Source of the DNA: Candidatus Methylomirabilales bacterium
GTDB lineage: Bacteria > Methylomirabilota > Methylomirabilia > Methylomirabilales > CSP1-5
Reading direction: 5' to 3'
Length of the DNA: 64,000 bases
Assembly: GCA_046758505.1 (NCBI GenBank)
Contig: JBHIAH010000001.1
Location: 94,677-158,676, forward strand
The position numbers and the translations under genes were made by a program. Below, piece by piece: positions 8,111 through 25,291 of the stretch. The notes under the pieces are model-generated. The model worked only from the letters and a program-made list of their open reading frames with translations. It did not search any database and had not been told where the DNA came from. Each line of letters starts with the position of its first letter. The stretch's first letter is position 1.

Positions 8111-10288
8111 CTACCAAGCAAAAGGACCTCTGGGGCCGTGCCGCGTTTCGTCGCCGGCCCACCAGAGGACTCTCTTTTCAGGAGCCCGAACCGGCTGGGA
8201 AAGATCGCCAGGACCTCCCGAAGGACGGAGAATGTTATACGGCGAATGAGGTGGAGTGACTTCTTTCACCCATCCGGGATCCCGCCCTCGCCGCTCCTGC
8301 CTGTCCCAATTGCCGGTCCAGCCGACGTAGTGAAAGAAGGCCGGGTGCGCCGTCTCAATGGGGACCAATTGGTCTTCGGTGGGAAACCATCTAAGGCCGG
8401 TCCCCGTAAAGGCATCGCGAAGGTAGATGTCAACGAGGATCAGCGGCGGGAGCGCGGTCACGGACTCCAGAGTAGACTGCAGGACACCGGGAACGGGAGA
8501 GGATCCGTGGCTCCGCCCCGCGATGAACATGACGGGATGGGTGGCGTTGGGGTTGTCATTGTCAAAGCTCCAGTAGGCGTGTTTCGCCCTGAACGTTTTC
8601 GCCGGCGTCTGATAAGAAGGCTTTGCATACGGATCGGCACCCGCTTCGTATAGGAAGATGTTGTCCAACTCTGACGAGCGGGGCCGCCCAAAAAATTGGA
8701 ATTCCTGGGGTTCCGTAAATCCGCGGTCCTTGATCGTCCCCGCCTTTCCGATCACGTAGAGCGGCATCCCATGCATGCCCCCGGTGACCAGGCTCGCCGT
8801 CTTGCCGTGATCGCTTGTATAGACCCGAATGGTCGTCTGATCTCCTTCGTGTCGGGTAATGAACTCGCTGGTCCCGAAGGGGCCGGGGATATTATCGCCG
8901 TCCTCCCAGTTCGCGTCCCAGGAGTTCCACATCTGATAGACGATCTCGTACTCGTCGTCAATACCGTCCCCGTCGGCATCATAGGGGTAAACCGCATAGT
9001 AGAGCTTCCAACCCGGGTTGGGTGCCCGATAGAACTCCGTCAATTCGAAATCGACGTCCCACAGGTCTCTACCGTCGTTCCGGTCAACGTGGCAGTCGTA
9101 GTAGCGTTCTTCAATTTCCCCGAAGAACGGAATAGGCGAAAAAAGCTCATCGCAACCCAATCGGTCCCCAAACGTAGCGGGGGAAAGGCCCATGTTATGG
9201 TTAGCATTGTTGGAGTCGACCTGATGACGATACTGTGGGTGGGGAACATCGCGGTAGTCGAGGAGCGCGCCTTGATCTCTCTCGGCGTCCTGATGGAAGT
9301 TCTCCCAGCTCAGGTAGTCCACCCCTACCATTTGATGGCTGAAGATCATTAACTCTTCTTCAGTATACGTCCCTGCTCTCTTGACATTGCTCAGTTGAGG
9401 ACCACCTTCCCATCGGAAGCTCGCCAAGTCCGCATTGTCCATGATCCACTCAATGCTGACTGGCCAGTAAATCTCCGAAGCGTCAAAGACCAAAAGGGGA
9501 CGATGCCGTAACGCCGCCTCACGCGCATCGATCCCGTCGATGTGCCTCGTGCGCCGATTTGCCCTTTCGGAAATATCGTTATGCTTCACCTCTCGCTCTT
9601 CAAGAATCCGCCTGCAGCCTTGAAAGGTGTTGACTCGGGCGTAAAGCTCATACTCGTAGGGGGCGTCGAAGGAGAGGGGATAATCGTCGATTTCGACAAA
9701 CTGCAGCTTGCCGGTGCGGTTGGCAGGAATCACGGCAACGTCCCTGCCACTCTCCCTGATGATGTATTCCTCGACGTCCGAAGCAGAGGCCTCCGGAGGC
9801 ACATCCACGAGAATCTTCAGCCCGGTATCTGTGGAAGAGAAGTCCTGCGGGATGATGTTGTGAAAATAGGGACCCACGACCGGCGCCGGGGAGGTCGGCG
9901 CCGCCACGTCGATGGTGAAGGATTCCGAATCTTGGCCCATGTTGCCATTGCACGGACTCCCTGGCGGCGTGGGGGCGGTGGCGTGCACGACGACCTGAAA
10001 GGGCTCGCAAATCAAGTCAGCATCTGGAATCCAGCTGATCTTGCCACTGTTCGTAATCGTCATCCCTGGGGGTGCCTTGGTCAGGTCAAACGAGACTCCC
10101 CCCATCCAGCACGTTTCGTCTTTTACGCGGAAGGTAGCCTGATACTGAAAGTGCCTGTTGGCCTGGGCTGCTTGGTCATCGATCGGGTCGATGACAAAGA
10201 GTGGTGGCCTCGCCGTCGCCTCCATAGGAAGAACGATAGCAGCGGCGAAGACCAGACCAAGGGCGCTCACTCTGGCAAAATGTCTCAT
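8111..10288 (-). CDS. Secreted protein with an N-terminal putative Ig domain and a Vps62-like C-terminal region
   Basis: Signal peptide; APPGMTITNSGKISW (He_PIG-like); RPLLVFDASEIYWPVS and HEGD motifs resemble Vps62/NPP1-like proteins. Confidence 0.55.
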   Translation of the reverse strand: MRHFARVSALGLVFAAAIVLPMEATARPPLFVIDPIDDQAAQANRHFQYQATFRVKDETCWMGGVSFDLTKAPPGMTITNSGKISWIPDADLICEPFQVVVHATAPTPPGSPCNGNMGQDSESFTIDVAAPTSPAPVVGPYFHNIIPQDFSSTDTGLKILVDVPPEASASDVEEYIIRESGRDVAVIPANRTGKLQFVEIDDYPLSFDAPYEYELYARVNTFQGCRRILEEREVKHNDISERANRRTRHIDGIDAREAALRHRPLLVFDASEIYWPVSIEWIMDNADLASFRWEGGPQLSNVKRAGTYTEEELMIFSHQMVGVDYLSWENFHQDAERDQGALLDYRDVPHPQYRHQVDSNNANHNMGLSPATFGDRLGCDELFSPIPFFGEIEERYYDCHVDRNDGRDLWDVDFELTEFYRAPNPGWKLYYAVYPYDADGDGIDDEYEIVYQMWNSWDANWEDGDNIPGPFGTSEFITRHEGDQTTIRVYTSDHGKTASLVTGGMHGMPLYVIGKAGTIKDRGFTEPQEFQFFGRPRSSELDNIFLYEAGADPYAKPSYQTPAKTFRAKHAYWSFDNDNPNATHPVMFIAGRSHGSSPVPGVLQSTLESVTALPPLILVDIYLRDAFTGTGLRWFPTEDQLVPIETAHPAFFHYVGWTGNWDRQERRGRDPGWVKEVTPPHSPYNILRPSGGPGDLSQPVRAPEKRVLWWAGDETRHGPRGPFAW

Positions 10289-10574
10289 CACTCTCCCCCC
10301 TGCCCGTAGGGAACACGCCGGGGAAAAAATAAATGCCTGTGTAACCACTTGTCAATATGCAATGTTTGCATACCTAGCCCCCTGAAAGCATCGGTGGGGG
10401 ATGTAAGTGCCTGTGCCGCAAGGCCCGGACCATGCCGACAGGCGAGATAGGATGGGTGAAAATAAAAACGCCCCCGGGGCCCTTCGTGGCCCCAGGGGCA
10501 AGGAGTGTCTCGCTCACCTCCGGGTATCTTCCCTGTCCCCTCCGGGGGTTCCTTCCACAAGTTAGCCGCGGGCA

Positions 10575-12611
<2,037 letters not shown>

Positions 12612-12772
12612 TCAACCAGCCCTCGTCTTCCTGAGTATACCCAGACTCTCGCGGCCAGCGCAACGCCTGCACAGGCCCCTCTCTCCCCCCAAGGCGAAAT
12701 CCAGCATAAATATTGCAGTGGCTCCCCTGGGGAACGGCACACCAGACAGAATGTGAGGAGGATCTTCGCTCC

Positions 12773-13522
12773 ATGACCGAAAGACGCCCGCAAATGCTCA
12801 GTTGGACCTATGTCGTATATAGCATCCTTGTCATCGCGATGACCGTCTTTCTCTTGCATGGAAGGGCCCCGATAACGGACAGGAACGTGACGGCGGTCGA
12901 GATGGCCCTCTTGCTCCCGGGTATAATTCTCTACTTGCCGTTACTGCTTCTCTCCGGCGGCGTCCACTGGAGCCTCCTCCCGTTTTGGGCGCGCATGCCA
13001 CTGTGGGGGGCCCTGAACGTCCTCGGATACCTGGCAATTCCCGTGGCAACCCAGGGGATATTCGGGTCGTGGCAACAATGGAAAGCGTCCGGCAAGCAGG
13101 GAAGTTTCTGGCTCGAGATGCTTAGGCGACCATCAGTTCTGATAGCGGCTGGCGTACTTTGCATGTTGTTGGGCCTGAATGGAGTCCTCCAAATCCGGCG
13201 GGACATATCCGGCCCCACGGATTACGCGAATGTCGTGTTGGGTCCGTTGGCGGCCATCGGTTTTTGGTGCCTCGCGTACTACCTGTACCGGTACGGCACG
13301 GTGACCGGACTTCATGGTAAGTCGCTCCCGGCCTGGACGCGATGGGCCGTACCACTGGCGGCGGTTATCGGCGCGATGGTGGGGGGAGGACTCGCCTATG
13401 GGGAGGTCAGGATCCTCCGCTGGAGTCCTGCCGCTGCTGGTATACTGGCCGTGACCGTCACAGTTGTCACAGTAGCTGTGGTTTTGACCCTCTTCCACGT
13501 GATGCGAAAGCACACCAAGTGA
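12773..13522 (+). CDS. Hypothetical multi-pass membrane protein
   Basis: About seven hydrophobic segments; GAGGAG RBS before ATG at 12773. Confidence 0.65.
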   Translation: MTERRPQMLSWTYVVYSILVIAMTVFLLHGRAPITDRNVTAVEMALLLPGIILYLPLLLLSGGVHWSLLPFWARMPLWGALNVLGYLAIPVATQGIFGSWQQWKASGKQGSFWLEMLRRPSVLIAAGVLCMLLGLNGVLQIRRDISGPTDYANVVLGPLAAIGFWCLAYYLYRYGTVTGLHGKSLPAWTRWAVPLAAVIGAMVGGGLAYGEVRILRWSPAAAGILAVTVTVVTVAVVLTLFHVMRKHTK

Positions 13523-13681
13523 ATGCCTCACACAGTCCCAAGATATACTGGGACATGGGGGTCAGGCCTGCGATTTGCTATTTGGTGGGGAGTATTTGTC
13601 GGAAGGGCGTCGGAGCACGGGGAAGAAGGGAAGGCGGAAAAGGATCATCACGTGAAAGGCTAAGGGGTCTCGAAGCGCACT

Positions 13682-14320
13682 CTACCGGACTGTGACAGGC
13701 ACGATGGTAGAGTAACGGCCATAACTGACGACAACCATCGTCTTGCCCCGCCCCACGCCCGTCACGAGACCGGTTCTATCGACCGTTACGACGCCAGGAT
13801 TACTGGAACTAAAGCGTGTCCGCGAAGACTCGGTGATGTCCTTCGCCGTCCCATCGTCAAAAGTCCCCGTCACGATAAGGGGGATTTGGGATCCCAGTCG
13901 CCTCAAGAAGATCCGCCCAGGACTCACTCGCAATGCGGTCAGCTTCGCCGAGGTTTCTATATCAATGGTCACCGCCTTTGAAAAGATCCCGCCCTCGCGA
14001 CCGGTCCGGCCAAGCGCACTGATTTTTTTGGTCCCGATAAGATCCACCGGGATCTGAACCGGAAACTCATACGGAGGAGCAAATTTGGGCCGGGAAATTC
14101 CGAGATCTTCACCGATGATTTGAATCGCGGCAAAAGACGCACCCTCAGCGACCTGGACGACGACGGTGATGGTCTGCCCTGCGGCCACAATAGTACCGTC
14201 CACAGGAGCAACAATGTGAAGCGAGTCGGATTTCTGCTGAGCCTGACTGTGAGGAGTATAGCTTAGGCTAAGAAGGAATAGCAGGCAGAGCCACGTATAT
14301 CGCGCAGACATGGATTTCAT
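13682..14320 (-). CDS. Secreted protein with bacterial Ig-like (Big_2) domain(s)
   Basis: Signal peptide; FSSSNPGVVTVDRTGLVTGVGRG Big_2 pattern. Confidence 0.75.
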   Translation of the reverse strand: MKSMSARYTWLCLLFLLSLSYTPHSQAQQKSDSLHIVAPVDGTIVAAGQTITVVVQVAEGASFAAIQIIGEDLGISRPKFAPPYEFPVQIPVDLIGTKKISALGRTGREGGIFSKAVTIDIETSAKLTALRVSPGRIFLRRLGSQIPLIVTGTFDDGTAKDITESSRTRFSSSNPGVVTVDRTGLVTGVGRGKTMVVVSYGRYSTIVPVTVR

Positions 14321-14536
14321 TTGACCCGCGCCTATCCAATCGGCTCATTGCTCCTTCTTGTCATTTAACACATTCTCGGCTCCTCCGCAAGGATGGGACC
14401 AGGATGAGCCTTAGCCGATCTCCGACAGCCCGGGGGAACCGCAGCCGATGCGGGGGCTCCGGGCTGTAGTGCGCTGGTGCCGCGGGAGGGGTGCACGGGA
14501 GGAGCCTCAGGTGCTCGCCATCACTGAAAAATCCCC

Positions 14537-14565
14537 TTGACATTTGGAAGGGCCGGAGCTAAATT
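14537..14565 (+). promoter_or_regulatory. Sigma70-type promoter of the pyr operon
   Basis: TTGACA (14537-14542), 17-nt spacer, TAAATT (14560-14565). Confidence 0.6.
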
Positions 14566-14572
14566 ATAGTTG

Positions 14573-14605
14573 CCTTTTAAGCGGGCCCGGCGAGGCTCGC
14601 AAAGG
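14573..14605 (+). promoter_or_regulatory. PyrR-binding RNA hairpin (pyr attenuator)
   Basis: CCTTTTAAGCGGGCCCGGCGAGGCTCGCAAAGG resembles the PyrR binding-loop consensus (UCCNGNGAGGYU with a CUUU/AAAG stem), directly upstream of pyrR. Confidence 0.8.
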
Positions 14606-14646
14606 AGCGCAGATGAAGTATCCAATTGTAGAGTGCAGGATGCGAG

Positions 14647-15251
<605 letters not shown>

Positions 15252-15262
15252 CGGTCTAATTC

Positions 15263-15352
15263 GTTCATGGTTTATAGTTCATGGTTCATGGTAAAGCGAG
15301 GTTCCTGATCTGCAAACTGTCAGCCATAAACTCTGAACTGTGAACCGTGAAC
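15263..15352. repeat. Heptamer tandem repeats with inverted arms (GTTCATG-type / TGAACCG-type)
   Basis: pyrR-pyrB spacer; related arrays at about 820-845, 16320-16400, 19020-19160, 25170-25285, 33260-33420, 40590-40755, 47030-47130 and 53650-53730. Confidence 0.8.
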
Positions 15353-15384
15353 CGGTCACATGGTGATCGATGGGCGGAGCACAG

Positions 15385-16317
15385 ATGGCGCTGAAACGGA
15401 AAGACCTGTTGACGATCCGGGAACTGGAGCCGGAGGAGATCCATCTCGTCCTGGAGACCGCCGACTCGATGAAAGAAATCGCCTCCCGCGAGATCAAGAA
15501 GGTCCCCGCGCTCCGGGGGAAGACCGTGATCAACCTCTTCTACGAGCCGAGCACCCGGACCCGGACCTCTTTCGAGATCGCCGGCAAGTGGCTCAGTGCG
15601 GACGTGGTCAATATCGCCACTTCCGCCTCGTCCGTCACTAAGGGCGAGTCGCTCCTCGATACCGGCAAGACCCTGCAGGCCATGCGCCCGGATGTGGTGG
15701 TGATCCGCCACCCGGTCCCGGGGGCACCCAAGATGCTGGCCGATCGCCTTCCAGCCTCGATCATCAACGCCGGGGACGGGGCCCATGAGCACCCCACTCA
15801 GGCCCTCCTCGACCTCTTCACCATCCGCGAGCGTCTGGGACGCTTGGACGGACTCAGGGTTGCCATCGTGGGAGACATCAGCCACAGCCGCGTCGCGCGA
15901 TCCGGCATTCGGGCCATGCGCAAAGTGGGGATGGAGGTGCGCGTGGCGGGACCGGCCACGCTCCTGCCGCGCTTTTCAGAGCAGCTCGGGGTCCAGGCCA
16001 CCACCGATGTGGAAACCGCCATTGCCGATGCCGATGTCATCATGATGCTTCGGATCCAACGGGAGCGGCAGGGCCCGACCCTGCTCCCCTCGCTTCGCGA
16101 GTACAGCCGCCTCTTCGGCCTCACCGTCGAGCGCTTGAAGAAGGCCAAGGAGGAGGTCCTGATCATGCACCCGGGGCCGATCAACCGGGGGGTAGAGATC
16201 GCCCCGGAGGTGGCCGACGGCCCGTACAGCCTCATTCTCGATCAGGTCACCAACGGGGTGGCCATTCGCATGGGCTTGCTGTACCTCTTGACCGGCGGGC
16301 AGGGGAGCGAGCGCTGA
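15385..16317 (+). CDS. pyrB: Aspartate carbamoyltransferase catalytic subunit
   Basis: [22 protein letters not shown]. Confidence 0.97.
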   Translation: MALKRKDLLTIRELEPEEIHLVLETADSMKEIASREIKKVPALRGKTVINLFYEPSTRTRTSFEIAGKWLSADVVNIATSASSVTKGESLLDTGKTLQAMRPDVVVIRHPVPGAPKMLADRLPASIINAGDGAHEHPTQALLDLFTIRERLGRLDGLRVAIVGDISHSRVARSGIRAMRKVGMEVRVAGPATLLPRFSEQLGVQATTDVETAIADADVIMMLRIQRERQGPTLLPSLREYSRLFGLTVERLKKAKEEVLIMHPGPINRGVEIAPEVADGPYSLILDQVTNGVAIRMGLLYLLTGGQGSER

Positions 16318-16413
16318 GATGGTTCAGCGTTCATGGTTGAGGGTTCAGAGTTCAGAGATAGAGATTCTGGCTCTTACCATGAACTGTGAACCGTGAACCA
16401 ATCGGAGAGTGAG

Positions 16414-17757
16414 ATGCAATTGTTGATCACTGGAGGGCGAGTGATCGATCCGGCCAGCGGGATCGATGACACCCTCGATATCCTGGTCGAGGGTGGGCAG
16501 ATCCTTCAGGTGGAAAAAAGCGTTCAGGGTTCAGGGTTCAGGGTTCAGGGGAAGAAGAACAAAAAGCCAGGGAACCAGGACCTATCAAGTACGCATGTCA
16601 ATCGTGTGATTGATGCCGCCGGCAAAGTGGTCGTGCCGGGCCTGATTGACATGCACGTCCATCTCCGGGAGCCGGGACGAGAAGACGAGGAGACCATCGC
16701 CTCCGGAACCGCAGCTGCCGCCCGGGGCGGATTCACCTCGATCTGCTGCATGCCGAATACCGAGCCGGTCAACGACACCGCCTCGGTCACCGAATACATC
16801 CGGGAGCAGGCCCAAAAGGTCGGGCGCACGCACGTTTTTCCCATCGGATGTATCTCGCGAGCGCAGCGAGGCCAAGAGCTGGCGGAGATCGGGGACCTCG
16901 TCGCGGCCGGGTGCGTCGGGCTCTCCGACGACGGCAAGCCGGTCGTCGATGCCGACCTCATGCGCCGGGCGATGGAGTACGCCACCATGTTCGACGTCCC
17001 GCTGCTCCCTCACTGCGAGGATCTCTCCCTCTCCGCCGGGGGGAGCATGCACGAGGGGCGCGTGAGCACCGAACTAGGACTCAAGGGGATCCCTGCTCCC
17101 GCCGAAGCGGTCATGGTGGCAAGAGACATCTTGCTGAGCGAGTACACCGGGGCCCGCCTCCACATCTGTCACGTGAGCACCGCCGAATCGGTCCGTCTTA
17201 TCCGGGAGGCCCGGGCACGGGGGGCGCGTGTGAGCGGCGAGGCAACCCCGCACCACCTGATCCTCACCGACGAGGCCGTCCGGGGCTTCGACACCAACGC
17301 CAAGATGAATCCCCCCCTCCGCGCGGCGGAGGACGTGACCGCGCTCCGGGAGGCACTCATCGACGGAACCATCGAGGTGATTGCTACTGATCACGCCCCC
17401 CATGCCCGCTCCGAGAAAGAGATGGAATTCGATTACGCTCCCTTTGGCATCATTGGGCTCGGGACGGCCCTCGGCCTCATCCTCACCGAGTTCTATCACA
17501 GCCGCCTCCTCACCCTTCCCATGATCGTCGAGCGCATGGCAGCGGCCCCCGCCCGAATCCTCAAGCTTAAGCACAAGGGGACCCTGGCCCCCGGTGCCGA
17601 TGCGGACATCACGCTCATCAATCCGAACCAGGAGTGGATCGTCGAGGAGCAGGGATTGCATTCCAAGAGCAACAACTCCCCCTTCATCGGTTGGAAGCTC
17701 AAGGGGAGAGCGGTGATGACGCTCGTGGCCGGGCAGGTGGTCTGGGAGACGCCATGA
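16414..17757 (+). CDS. pyrC: Dihydroorotase, with a heptamer-repeat insertion near the N-terminus
   Basis: [28 protein letters not shown]. Confidence 0.96.
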   Translation: MQLLITGGRVIDPASGIDDTLDILVEGGQILQVEKSVQGSGFRVQGKKNKKPGNQDLSSTHVNRVIDAAGKVVVPGLIDMHVHLREPGREDEETIASGTAAAARGGFTSICCMPNTEPVNDTASVTEYIREQAQKVGRTHVFPIGCISRAQRGQELAEIGDLVAAGCVGLSDDGKPVVDADLMRRAMEYATMFDVPLLPHCEDLSLSAGGSMHEGRVSTELGLKGIPAPAEAVMVARDILLSEYTGARLHICHVSTAESVRLIREARARGARVSGEATPHHLILTDEAVRGFDTNAKMNPPLRAAEDVTALREALIDGTIEVIATDHAPHARSEKEMEFDYAPFGIIGLGTALGLILTEFYHSRLLTLPMIVERMAAAPARILKLKHKGTLAPGADADITLINPNQEWIVEEQGLHSKSNNSPFIGWKLKGRAVMTLVAGQVVWETP

Positions 17758-19019
17758 AGCCCGCAATGCTGGCCCTCGCAGACGGCACCACCTTTGAGGG
17801 GACCGCCTTCGGTGCGGAAGGGGAGTGTGTCGGCGAGGTCGTCTTCAACACGGCCATGACCGGCTACCAGGAGATCCTCACCGATCCCTCATACAAGGGG
17901 CAGATCGTCTGCATGACTTATCCCCTCATCGGTAACTACGGGATCAACCTTGAGGACATCGAGTCCCGGCGCCCCTTCGTGGAAGGGTTTATCGTCAAGG
18001 AGGGGTCTCCGTACCCCAGCAACTGGCGTAAAGCCCAATCGCTCGACGCGTACCTCAAGGAATGGGGGATCGTGGGCATTCAGGGAATCGACACGCGTGC
18101 CCTCACCAAGCATATCCGGGACGAGGGTGCGATGGAAGGGGTGATCTCGACGGTCGACCTTTCTGCCCAAGGCCTCATCGCGAAGGCACGATCCTCTCCC
18201 GGTCTTATTGGGCGCGATCTGGTCACCGAGGTCACCTGTGCCGAGCCCTTCCGATGGTGGCAGGGTGCGTGGCGCTGGCCCCATGGCTATCTCGATGACC
18301 GCGGACCGACGGCCGACGACCGCGAAGCCCCGAAAACCCAGCTCGACCTCTTCGGTCATCGGTCATCGGTCACCGGTCATCGCTTTCGAGTGGTGGCCAT
18401 AGACTGCGGCATCAAATACAACATCCTCCGAGAGCTGGTGAGCACCGGTTGCGATGTGGTGGTGGTCCCGGCTTCAACCCCCGCCGACGAGATCCTCGCC
18501 TCTGACCCGGATGGCATCTTTCTCAGCAACGGTCCCGGGGACCCCGAAGGAGTTCCATACCTCGTCGAGACGACCCGACAATTACTAGGCAGACGGCCGA
18601 TCTTCGGGATCTGTCTCGGGCATCAGATCCTGGGGCTCGCCCTGGGCGGCCGGACGTATAAACTCAAATTCGGCCATCATGGGGCGAACCATCCGGTCAA
18701 GGAGGTTCACACCGGGAAGGTCGAGATCACGACCCAGAATCACGGCTTTGCGGTCGACATCGACGCCTTCCCGGGCGAAGACGTCGAGCTCACCCACGTC
18801 AACTTAAACGACGGGACCGTTGAAGGCATGCGGCACACCCGACTCCCCCTCTTCTCCGTCCAGTACCATCCCGAGGCCTCCCCGGGTCCCCATGACTCGC
18901 GGTACCTCTTTCAGCGTTTTGTAGCCTTGATGAACCAGGAGCACGGCACGCGAGAGCCGGTGGAGCTGCCCGGGGGCGAGCGAACCCGGGTCCGCCAGCG
19001 CGAAGACATCACCATATGA
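17754..19019 (+). CDS. carA: Carbamoyl-phosphate synthase small subunit, with a repeat insertion
   Basis: [38 protein letters not shown]. Confidence 0.97.
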   Translation: MKPAMLALADGTTFEGTAFGAEGECVGEVVFNTAMTGYQEILTDPSYKGQIVCMTYPLIGNYGINLEDIESRRPFVEGFIVKEGSPYPSNWRKAQSLDAYLKEWGIVGIQGIDTRALTKHIRDEGAMEGVISTVDLSAQGLIAKARSSPGLIGRDLVTEVTCAEPFRWWQGAWRWPHGYLDDRGPTADDREAPKTQLDLFGHRSSVTGHRFRVVAIDCGIKYNILRELVSTGCDVVVVPASTPADEILASDPDGIFLSNGPGDPEGVPYLVETTRQLLGRRPIFGICLGHQILGLALGGRTYKLKFGHHGANHPVKEVHTGKVEITTQNHGFAVDIDAFPGEDVELTHVNLNDGTVEGMRHTRLPLFSVQYHPEASPGPHDSRYLFQRFVALMNQEHGTREPVELPGGERTRVRQREDITI

Positions 19020-19177
19020 ACAACCGGGCAGTTGTCAGCATTTGGCAGACAGCACAAATAAACTGAAGCCGACAGCGGACAGCGGACAACTAGATAACGA
19101 TAGCTGATTGCTGATCGCTCACCGCTGACAGATGTTTTCATCGGTCGTCGGTCACCGGTCACTACGAGGAGGGAGCC

Positions 19178-19363
19178 ATGCCAGTCGTACACATCCACAT
19201 GCTCGAAGGGCGCAGCGTCGAGCAGAAAAAGAAGCTGGCCGAGGCCGTCACTGCCGCCTTGGTCAACATCGCCAAAACCACCCCAGAGGCGGTTACCATC
19301 GTCATCGACGATTATCCGCGGACCAGCTGGGCCAAGGGTGGCAAGCTCATGGCCGACCAGTAG
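19178..19363 (+). CDS. 4-oxalocrotonate tautomerase family protein
   Basis: Pro-1 (MPVVHIHMLEGRS) and WAKGG; GAGGAGG RBS. Confidence 0.9.
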   Translation: MPVVHIHMLEGRSVEQKKKLAEAVTAALVNIAKTTPEAVTIVIDDYPRTSWAKGGKLMADQ

Positions 19364-19390
19364 GAACGGGTAACCGGGGCACGTACTGCA

Positions 19391-22658
<3,268 letters not shown>

Positions 22659-22669
<11 letters not shown>

Positions 22670-23573
22670 GATGCACTCCCTCCGCCAGATCCAGCCGGAC
22701 TACTTCCTCCAGCGCTTTGTATCGCCCCCCATGGCCTTTCAGCCTGGGCAGTTCGTCATGGTCAAGCCCTCGGGATCGCTCGATCCCTTCCTGCCAAGGG
22801 CCTATAGCATCCTGAGAGTCCAGCGCCACATGACGGGGAGGAGAGGGAAGCGGGAAGACGTGGTGGAGATCCTCTATAAGGTGTTGGGAAAGGGGACCAC
22901 CGCGCTTTCGCGCCTCAAGCCCGGCGATCGGGTGGACCTGCTGGGCCCGCTGGGAAATGGCTATCGCGTGCCGCAGGACCTCACCACGGCCCTGCTGGTA
23001 GCGGGAGGAATCGGGGTGCCCCCGGTCGTCGCGCTCGCTGAACGGCTGGCCGGTTCACAGTTCCCGGTTCACAGTTCAGGGCAAGGAAAAGCTGGACTTC
23101 GGTCGTCGGTCGTCGGTCGTCCCAAAGTGGTGGCCTTTATCGGGGGCAAATCGTCGACCGATGTTTTGTGTCTCACCGACCTTCGAAAGGCAGGAGCCGC
23201 GCTTCAGGTGGCCACCGAAGATGGCAGCCTCGGGCACCAGGGGCTTGTGACCGATCTCCTCGAATCGTATGTGCGGTCATCGGTCAACGGACTTCGGTTA
23301 ACGGTTTATGCATGCGGTCCTCACGCGATGCTTCACGCCGTTGCTCGGATCGCCGAGCGATTCCAAATCCCCTGCCAGGTTTCCCTGGAGGCCCACATGG
23401 CGTGCGGCTTCGGGGCCTGTATGGGGTGCGTTATACCAGTTCAGAGTTCAGAGTTGAGAGTTGAGAGTTCGAGACAAACTATGAACCGTGAACCGTCAAC
23501 CATGAACCAGCGGAGCTATAAGTTGTGTTGTAAGGATGGGCCGGCCTTCGACGCCTCGGAGATTGTCTGGTGA
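22659..23573 (+). CDS. pyrK: Dihydroorotate dehydrogenase electron transfer subunit
   Basis: [33 protein letters not shown]...LCCKDGP [2Fe-2S] motif. Confidence 0.92.
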
Positions 23574-24586
23574 GTGCGGGCCAGAAAAAGCGTTCACGGT
23601 TCACGGTTCACGGTTCACGGAAAAAGGGAAGCCGTCGTCGGTCGTCGGTCACCGGTCGTCGGTCGTCGCTCCGTCGTCCGGACCTGGCCGTAGAGATTGC
23701 CGGGATCCGATTGAAAAACCCGGTGATGACCGCCTCCGGCACCTTCGGGTACGGGACCGAGTTTACCCCCTTCTTCGATCTCAACGCGTTAGGCGCCATC
23801 ATTGTGAAGACGGTGACCATGCATCCGCGACTGGGAAACCCACCCCCCCGGATCGTGGAGACGCCGGCGGGGATGCTCAACTCGATTGGGCTCCAGAATG
23901 TCGGAATCGACGCCTTTTGCCAGCAGAAGCTCCCGTTCCTCCGAACGCTGGCCACTCCGCTCGTGGTGAACATCGCGGGAAAGTCAGTCGAGGAGTTCGC
24001 CGACCTGGCCAAGCGTCTCTCGGACGCCGAGGGAGTGGCCGGGGTCGAACTCAATATCTCCTGCCCGAATGTGGCCGGGGGGCTCGATTTCGGCACCGAT
24101 CCGCGCCTCACGTATGCAGTGGTGAGGGCGGTCCGGCAAACCACCCCCCTGCCCATCGTCCCCAAGCTCTCTCCGAATGTGACCGATATTACCGTGATCG
24201 CCCGGGCCGCCGCCGATGCGGGGGCGGATGCTCTCTCGCTGATCAACACCATCGTCGGCATGGCCATCGACGTTCGCAGCCGGAAAGCCACACTCCCCGG
24301 AGCCACCGGGGGTCTCTCCGGCCCAGCCATCCGCCCCATCGCGGTCCGAATGGTCTGGGAGGTCGCCCAGGCGGTACAACTCCCCCTCATCGGCATCGGG
24401 GGGATCACGACGGGCGAAGACGCCGTAGAGTTCCTCCTTGCCGGAGCCAGCGCAGTCCAGGTGGGGACTGCCAATTTCCTCGACCCGCTGGCACCCATGA
24501 AGGTCCTGGCAGGCATCGAGGATTATCTTGGCCGCCACGGCCTTGACAGCGTGACCGATGTGATCGGGGCCGCCACCCCCCCCTGA
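23570..24586 (+). CDS. pyrD: Dihydroorotate dehydrogenase class 1B catalytic subunit, with a repeat-derived N-terminal extension
   Basis: NPVMTASGTFG, NISCPN, KLSPNVTD, GGLSG. Confidence 0.95.
   Translation: MSAGQKKRSRFTVHGSRKKGSRRRSSVTGRRSSLRRPDLAVEIAGIRLKNPVMTASGTFGYGTEFTPFFDLNALGAIIVKTVTMHPRLGNPPPRIVETPAGMLNSIGLQNVGIDAFCQQKLPFLRTLATPLVVNIAGKSVEEFADLAKRLSDAEGVAGVELNISCPNVAGGLDFGTDPRLTYAVVRAVRQTTPLPIVPKLSPNVTDITVIARAAADAGADALSLINTIVGMAIDVRSRKATLPGATGGLSGPAIRPIAVRMVWEVAQAVQLPLIGIGGITTGEDAVEFLLAGASAVQVGTANFLDPLAPMKVLAGIEDYLGRHGLDSVTDVIGAATPP
23592..23668 (+). repeat. (GTTCACG)x4 and (GTCGTCG-type)x5 within the 5' end of pyrD
   Basis: Read directly at 23592-23619 and 23634-23668. Confidence 0.9.
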
Positions 24587-24722
24587 CCCCCCGACCCGGC
24601 GAGGATCCCCAGCACGGAAGACGGTGCCAGGTTTCTCCGTTACCTTATCAAAGGGAAAAGGCAGAGGAGAACGAGCGGGCGTTGGCTGGAGCCCGGCCCT
24701 GGCACCCCAGAAGGAGGAAACC

Positions 24723-25166
24723 ATGATCAGCGGCAAGGCATCTCACGTGGGAGAAGTGATCGTCGCCCGATTTGAGCACGGAGAGGATCTGTTCGCGTCG
24801 CTCGAAAAGATTTGCCGCGAACAGGATATCAAGAACGGTGTGATCCTGACGGGCTTTGGCTCGATCGATCGTGCCCATTTCCTCGGGGCCAGCTCCCCCG
24901 CCTGGCCCGATCTCGAGTTCTACCGCGCCCGGCACGAAGAAGGGCTCGAGATCCTGGCGATCTCGGGGGTGATCGCCGATTACGAGGTCCACGCCCACAT
25001 GGTCCTCTCCAACGAGGACCGGGCCATGGGCGGGCACATCGAGCCGGGCTGCCGGATCCTGACCCTGTGTGAACTGGTCATCGCGAAGCTCGACGGAATC
25101 CGATTGAAGCGGCTCCCCGATCCAGAACTGAAGCAGAACTTGCTGCAGGTCGTCGCCTCGGACTAA
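24723..25166 (+). CDS. PPC domain (DUF296) protein
   Basis: RFEHGEDL, GFGS, EILAISG, HAH, GGH motifs; AGGAGG RBS. Confidence 0.85.
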   Translation: MISGKASHVGEVIVARFEHGEDLFASLEKICREQDIKNGVILTGFGSIDRAHFLGASSPAWPDLEFYRARHEEGLEILAISGVIADYEVHAHMVLSNEDRAMGGHIEPGCRILTLCELVIAKLDGIRLKRLPDPELKQNLLQVVASD

Positions 25167-25291
25167 AGCAGTCCACAGTCCAATGTCCGACGTCCAAGGT
25201 CCAAGACCGCCGAGAAAAAACAGCCCCAGGGACAGGAAGTGTTGAGAGCTGAGAGACTGGACTTTGGACCTTGGACTTTGGACTAAATGAC

